Assembly: GCA_964525455.1 (NCBI GenBank)
Contig: CAZGHP010000003.1
Coordinates: 1 to 58,799, forward strand
Length of the DNA stretch: 58,799 nt
Reading direction: 5' to 3'
Origin: an uncultured Candidatus Saccharibacteria bacterium
Lineage (GTDB): Bacteria; Patescibacteriota; SICC01
Shown: positions 54,227 through 58,799 of the stretch, one piece after another
Layout: each line of letters opens with the position of its first letter
Position numbering within the stretch: position 1 is the stretch's first letter
Program-made: the position numbers and the translations under genes
Notes under the pieces: model-generated
Seen by the model: the letters and a program-made list of their open reading frames with translations, nothing else
The model's database searches: none
Told to the model about the DNA's origin: nothing

Positions 54227-54624
54227 TCACGATTCATACCGACGGCGGCGCGCGCGGCAATCCCGGCCCGGCGGCGATCGGCGGGGTGATTGCGCGTGAC
54301 GGCGAAACGCTGGAAGAATTCTCGACGTACATCGGCCGGGCGACCAACAACCAGGCTGAATATCAGGCGCTCCTGGCCGGGCTGGATCGGGCGCGCAAGC
54401 ACACCGACGAGGACGTGCGCTGCATGCTCGATTCGGAGCTGCTGGTGAAACAACTGAACGGTGAGTACAAGATCAAAAGCCCGGAATTGAAGAAGCTCGC
54501 CCATCAGGTGCGGGGGCTTGAGGAGCACTTCCGGAGCGTTCGCTATGAACATACGTACCGGGAGGATAATACGCGAGCCGACGCCCTGGTGAACCAGGCG
54601 CTCGACCGCGAGCTGGCCGGTTGA
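54223..54624 (+). CDS. rnhA: Ribonuclease HI
   Basis: HTDGGARGNPGPAAIGGVI (Asp), NNQAEYQALLAGL (Glu), DSELLVKQL (Asp) and REDNTRADALVN (Asp). ATGA overlap with the last pilus gene. Confidence 0.9.
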   Translation: MITIHTDGGARGNPGPAAIGGVIARDGETLEEFSTYIGRATNNQAEYQALLAGLDRARKHTDEDVRCMLDSELLVKQLNGEYKIKSPELKKLAHQVRGLEEHFRSVRYEHTYREDNTRADALVNQALDRELAG

Positions 54625-54649
54625 CGCGGCCGCCCGCATCGGCTACAGT
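54621..54649 (+). promoter_or_regulatory. Sigma70-type promoter for rnpB (TTGACG-17-TACAGT)
   Basis: The -35 at 54621-54626 contains the rnhA stop codon (TGA, 54622-24). The -10 is at 54644-54649. The predicted TSS at about 54656-58 coincides with the 5' end of the RNase P RNA P1 stem. Confidence 0.6.
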
Positions 54650-54657
54650 TCGCGAAC

Positions 54658-55009
54658 GGTCGGCAGGCTACGCAGCCGCCGGGCACCTTATCAGATGCCG
54701 GGAGGAAAGTCCGAGCACCACAGGGCAGCGCGGTCGGTAACACCGACCCGGGGCGACCCGAGGGATAGTGCCACAGAGACTATACCGCCAACCGCCCGCA
54801 AGGGTAGGGGCAAGGGTGAAAAGCGTGCGGTAAGAGCGCACGGCCGTCGCCGGTGACGGCGGCGGGAGGTAAACCCCGCGCGGTGCAAGGTAAACAGGAC
54901 CAGGACGGCCCGTCCACTACGGTCCGGGTTACCGCTCGATCCCGCGGGCAACCGCGGGACTAGATGGATGGTTGCGCACGACAGAACTCGGCTTATCGGC
55001 CCGCCGGCC
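54658..55009 (+). ncRNA. rnpB: RNase P RNA, bacterial type A
   Basis: Universal P4 halves GGAGGAAAGTCCGAGC and ACAGAACTCGGCTTAT. AGGGTGAAAAGCGTGCGGTAAGAGCGCAC (P10-P12 region), GTGCCACAGAGA and GGTAAACCCC. P1 pairs GGTCGGCAGGCT (54658-69) with GGCCCGCCGGCC (54998-55009). Confidence 0.9.
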
Positions 55010-55103
55010 AGGATACATCGCGAGGCGCTCCCCGACGGGAGCGTTTTGCGTATCCGGAGGCGGCAGGACAGGCCCTGGTGGTCGCGGTAAGCTTGAGAGG
55101 AAC

Positions 55104-56501
55104 ATGAAACGTTCGGAACTGGCCATTTCCGCTTTGCTGGTGCCGCTTGATGCGCTTGCGGTCTTCGCGGCGTTCCTGCTCTCGTACTATGTCCGGGTAG
55201 AGTCCGGCGCGCTGTCGGTGGCGACGGTCCTTCCGTTCGACCGGTACCTGGCGGTCACGGCGGGTATCACCGCCGTCTGGCTGATGATCTTCGCACTGCT
55301 CGGGATGTACCGCCAGCAAAGCACGCGGCGCGGCCTTAGCGAGTTCGCCCGCATCCTGGCGGGGTCCACGATCGGCACGCTGGCCGTGGTGGCGCTGATC
55401 TTCTTCCTGCGCGAGGATTTCTTCTCGCGATTCGTGATCCTCTTCGGACTCGCGGCGAGCATCCTGCTCGTGACGCTGGTCCGCGGCATCGTCCGTCTGC
55501 TGCAGCAACGGCTGTTCCGGTACGGCATCGGCGTCCGCCGGGCCGTGATCGTGGGGACGGGACCGGCCGCACGCACGTTGGCCCGCGGACTGGCAGCGGG
55601 CAATCGCGGGTACCGGATCCTCGGGTTCGTAGCGACCAAGGGCCCGGCCCGCGGCAAGGACGTGCTTGGCCGGCAAGCGGACCTACCGCGCATCCTCAGA
55701 CGTTTCCGGCCGGACGAACTGATAGACGCGGATCCGGACTTGCCGGACGGCCGGAAGCTCTCGCTGTTGCACGCGGCCGAGGATGCCCACGTGGATTTCC
55801 GCTTCGTGCCAAGCACGCCGGAGTTGGCGACCGGCCGGGTCGGGGTGGCGGCTATCGCCGGGATTCCGGTGATGACGCTGCTGCGCACGCCGCTCGAAGG
55901 CTGGGGACGGATCGCCAAGCGGTCCTTCGACTTGGCGGGCGGCGTCCTGATACTCCCGTTCTTCCTCTTGCTGTTTCCGTTTATCGCCGCGGCGATCAAG
56001 CTGGATTCGCGTGGCCCGGTGCTTCTCCCGCAGGTCCGTGTGGGTCGCGCGGGAAAGTCTTTCAATTATCATAAATTTCGCAGCATGGTTGATAATGCCG
56101 AGAAGCAATTGCCCAAGTTGCTGAGATATAACGAAGCGAACGGCCCGGTCTTCAAGATGAAAGACGACCCGCGGGTGACCCGGGTAGGGCGCTTCCTACG
56201 GAAGACCAGCCTGGACGAATTGCCGCAGATCCTCAACGTGCTCAAGGGCGACATGAGCTTGGTGGGCCCGCGGCCGCCCTTGCCCCGGGAGGTCAGGCAG
56301 TACACTCGCGAGCAGCGCCGCCGGCTCACCATCAAGCCGGGTATCACGGGGCCGTGGCAGGTGTCGGGGCGCAGCGACGTGGGTTTCGACGAATGGATGC
56401 GGTTGGACCTCTACTACATCCAGCACTGGTCGCTGCTGCTCGACCTCACGATCCTCCTGAAGACCGTCAAGGTCGTGTTGAGTCGCAAAGGGGCGTACTA
56501 G
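55104..56501 (+). CDS. Polyprenyl-phosphate hexose-1-phosphate transferase (WbaP/Bac_transf family)
   Basis: Four or five N-terminal TM helices, a CoA-binding-like central domain, and C-terminal KFRSM......GPVFKMKDDPRVT..G..LRKTSLDELPQILNVLKGDMSLVGPRP. Start set at MKRSELA (55104), because the track start overlaps rnpB. Confidence 0.9.
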   Translation: MKRSELAISALLVPLDALAVFAAFLLSYYVRVESGALSVATVLPFDRYLAVTAGITAVWLMIFALLGMYRQQSTRRGLSEFARILAGSTIGTLAVVALIFFLREDFFSRFVILFGLAASILLVTLVRGIVRLLQQRLFRYGIGVRRAVIVGTGPAARTLARGLAAGNRGYRILGFVATKGPARGKDVLGRQADLPRILRRFRPDELIDADPDLPDGRKLSLLHAAEDAHVDFRFVPSTPELATGRVGVAAIAGIPVMTLLRTPLEGWGRIAKRSFDLAGGVLILPFFLLLFPFIAAAIKLDSRGPVLLPQVRVGRAGKSFNYHKFRSMVDNAEKQLPKLLRYNEANGPVFKMKDDPRVTRVGRFLRKTSLDELPQILNVLKGDMSLVGPRPPLPREVRQYTREQRRRLTIKPGITGPWQVSGRSDVGFDEWMRLDLYYIQHWSLLLDLTILLKTVKVVLSRKGAY

Positions 56502-56517
56502 TGTTCCGCGGCAGCCC

Positions 56518-57645
56518 ATGAGCCGAGTCGCCCGTCCCCGAGTCGCCCTGGTGCACGACCACCTGGTGCAGGACGGCGGCGCCGAGCAGGTGCTCCGCGT
56601 GCTGATGCGGATGTGGCCGGAGGCGCCGGTGTACACGGCGTATTTCGACCCGGCCAGGATGGGAAAGGACTTCTCCGGCAAGGACATCCGGACGAGTTTC
56701 CTGCAACGCATCCCGCTGGCGCGGCACTACTACAAATGGACGCTGACGTTCCTGGATGCCGCGTTCCGTCGGTTCGATCTGTCGGACTATGACATCGTGC
56801 TTTCCTCGGCGTCGGGGTGGGCCAAATCGGTCCGGACCGGTCCGGAGACGATCCACGTCTGCTACTGCCACACCCCGACCCGCTACATCTGGAGCGACGC
56901 CGGCCGTTACATCGCCGAGACCGGCTACCCGGGTATCCTCAAGCGGTCGTTCCGGTACATGATCGGGCGGTTCCGCCGAAAGGACCTGCGCGCTGCCGCG
57001 GGCGTGGACGAGTTCGTCGCCAATTCGGCGTACGTGCGGCGGCGGATCAGGCGGTACTACGGGCGTCCGTCCGCGGTAATCCACCCGCCGGTGGACGTTT
57101 CGCGATTCGGCCCTTCCCGGCGAAAGGGCGATTACTTCTTGCTGGCGGGGCGGCTCGAACCCTACAAACGGTGCGATATCGTCATCGAAGCGGCGAACCG
57201 GTCAGGCTTTCCGCTGGTCGTGATGGGCGACGGCACGGATCGGGCCCGGCTGGAACGGCTGGCGGGACCGACGGTCCGATTTACCGGACGGGTACCGGAC
57301 GCGAAGCGCCGGCAGTTGTTCGCCGAAGCGAGGGCGCTGGTGAACCCCCAGGAGGAGGATTTCGGGATCACGGCCGTGGAGGCCCTGGCCTCGGGGACGC
57401 CGGTAATCGCGTACCGGAAGGGCGGCGCGGCGGAAATCGTCACGCCGCGGACCGGCCGGTTCTTCGACCGGCAGACCCCCGAGGCGGTCGTCCAGGCGAT
57501 AGCCGCGTTCGGCCGCCGGGCGTATGTCCCGCGGGACCTGCGCGCTCGCGCCCGCACCTTCGCGGCCCCGCGGTTCGAACGGGAACTCTGGCAGCACGTC
57601 AGCGAACGATACGGACGGTTCAGGCGACATGCGGATCGCGGTTGA
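56518..57645 (+). CDS. GT4-family glycosyltransferase
   Basis: EEDFGITAVEALASGTPVIAYRKGGAAEIV signature and GT-B architecture. Confidence 0.85.
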   Translation: MSRVARPRVALVHDHLVQDGGAEQVLRVLMRMWPEAPVYTAYFDPARMGKDFSGKDIRTSFLQRIPLARHYYKWTLTFLDAAFRRFDLSDYDIVLSSASGWAKSVRTGPETIHVCYCHTPTRYIWSDAGRYIAETGYPGILKRSFRYMIGRFRRKDLRAAAGVDEFVANSAYVRRRIRRYYGRPSAVIHPPVDVSRFGPSRRKGDYFLLAGRLEPYKRCDIVIEAANRSGFPLVVMGDGTDRARLERLAGPTVRFTGRVPDAKRRQLFAEARALVNPQEEDFGITAVEALASGTPVIAYRKGGAAEIVTPRTGRFFDRQTPEAVVQAIAAFGRRAYVPRDLRARARTFAAPRFERELWQHVSERYGRFRRHADRG

Positions 57646-58750
57646 TGCGAGGAGCCTGGCCGCGCCGGGCGGCCGGGGAGTGAGTCATTACGCCGAAGCC
57701 TTGCTGGCGGAATTGGTCCGCCGGTATCGCCGGGACGAATGGGTATTGCTGCAGACCGGCCGCCGGCCGTGGCGCGTCCCCCAGGCACTCCGGCGTGCCA
57801 ACGTCACCGTGCGTCACCGCCATGTTCCGAACAAGCTACTCAATGCGTCCCTGGCCGTAGCCGGACGGCCGTCGCTCCGGTCCCTGGCCGGGGGTCCGGT
57901 CGATGCCTTCTTCATGCCGAACCTGGGATTCCTACCGCGGCTCGGCAGCGTGCCGCTGGTCCTGACGGTGCATGATTGCTCGTTCGCTTCGCACCCCGCG
58001 CTCTATTCCCGCCGGGAGCGGTTATGGCACGCGGCCGTCCGGCCGCGCCGGCTGATCGGGAACGCCAGTCGGATCGTCGCCGTCTCCACCCAGACCAAAC
58101 GCGAGCTGAACCGTACGTTCGGCGTGCCGGACTCACGGATAGCCGTGGTCCCGCCGGGCGTCGATCCGGCTTATCGGAAGTCCCCGCGGCGGGAATTGGA
58201 ACGGGTCCGCCGCCGGTACCGCCTCCCGGAGCGGTATTTCCTCTACGTCGGCGCCTACGAACCCCGCAAGAACCTGCCGCTCCTCCTCGACGGCTACGCC
58301 CGGGCGCGCTCGGAAGGCCTTACCGCCGGACTCGTACTGGTCGGCCCGGGAACCGGCGGGGCGGCGGACCGGGCGCGGGAAGCCGGCGGCCAAGTGCTCG
58401 GGTACGTACCGGAGCGCGACAAGCCGGGACTGTACGCCGGCGCCTTGGCGAACACGCTGCTGTCTCATCACGAAGGATTCGGGTTCCCGCCCCTGGAGGC
58501 GCTGGCCTGCGGGACGCCCGCGGTGGTGAGTCCGCTGCGGATCTTCGAAGAGACGGTCGGCCCGGCAGCCCGGCGGGCCGGCACGGCTCGGGCTTTGGCA
58601 CACGAGCTGCTACGCTTGGAGCGCAGTCCCGCGTTGCGCCGCCGGCTGGTCAGCCACGGCCCCTCCCGGCTCCGCCGTTTCCGCTGGCCCGCGGCTGCGC
58701 GGGATACCTACGAAGTAATCAGCCACACGGTCCATGAGCATACGCGATGA
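57629..58750 (+). CDS. GT4-family glycosyltransferase
   Basis: MRIAVDARSL... N-terminus typical of GT4, and HEGFGFPPLEALACGTPVVVS signature. The start at 57629 overlaps the upstream gene by 17 nt. Confidence 0.8.
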   Translation: MRIAVDARSLAAPGGRGVSHYAEALLAELVRRYRRDEWVLLQTGRRPWRVPQALRRANVTVRHRHVPNKLLNASLAVAGRPSLRSLAGGPVDAFFMPNLGFLPRLGSVPLVLTVHDCSFASHPALYSRRERLWHAAVRPRRLIGNASRIVAVSTQTKRELNRTFGVPDSRIAVVPPGVDPAYRKSPRRELERVRRRYRLPERYFLYVGAYEPRKNLPLLLDGYARARSEGLTAGLVLVGPGTGGAADRAREAGGQVLGYVPERDKPGLYAGALANTLLSHHEGFGFPPLEALACGTPAVVSPLRIFEETVGPAARRAGTARALAHELLRLERSPALRRRLVSHGPSRLRRFRWPAAARDTYEVISHTVHEHTR

Positions 58751-58799
58751 CATCCGGCCCCGGCGCCGCCCACCCGTCTCCCGCCCGGCACCGGTCCGT

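Noticed and set aside
54972-55103. Track start of the sugar-transferase ORF at 54972, plus the minus-strand ORFs 54691-54951 and 54929-55126.
   Set aside because: These overlap the RNase P RNA gene (54658-55009). Sugar-transferase homology and its first TM helix begin at MKRSELA (55104).
58747-58799. Possible start of another gene (ATG at 58747, overlapping the GT4 stop as ATGA).
   Set aside because: Only 17 codons are visible before the window ends and the sequence is Pro/Ala/Gly-rich. That is not enough evidence.

Overview
High-G+C bacterial chromosomal window of 58.8 kb. It is very densely packed, with about 65 CDS, and many neighbouring genes overlap by 1, 4 or 8 nt (ATGA/TAATG junctions). 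It carries tRNA-Lys(UUU), tRNA-Pro(GGG) and a type-A RNase P RNA. I found no rRNA, CRISPR array, transposase or integrase.

Recognisable housekeeping genes: dnaJ, ruvB-ruvA, ruvC-yebC, murD, rpmB (L28), rnhA, an M50 site-2 protease and a YfiH/PgeF-family gene.

Envelope and glycan genes: a TreT-like trehalose synthase, five GT4 glycosyltransferases, a GalT-like nucleotidyltransferase and a polyprenyl-phosphate sugar transferase.

Cell-wall remodelling genes: an S8 protease fused to SpoIID, an M23 peptidase next to a MacB/FtsX-type ABC pair, and a PP-loop protein convergent with murD.

Competence: a two-gene (split) ComEC.

Centrepiece: a secretin-less type IV pilus (T4P) locus at about 37.1-54.2 kb. 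Its order is giant orphan secreted protein, pilM, pilN, pilO, small TM protein, pilB, pilT, pilC, two pilin paralogues, pilD, and four pilin-like proteins, two of which carry grafted C-terminal modules. A second, orphan pilN/pilO-like pair lies at 19.3-20.5 kb.

A visibly lower-G+C stretch at about 33.6-38.6 kb flanks tRNA-Pro and holds only orphan genes with near-consensus promoters and strong terminators. This is the most accessory-looking part of the window.

The gene content (T4P without secretin, ComEC, many tiny membrane proteins, four-helix-bundle protein, overlapping genes) would fit a reduced-genome monoderm-like lineage such as Patescibacteria/CPR. That is inference only.

All protein family calls rest on motifs I recognise by eye in the supplied translations. 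No database search was run.
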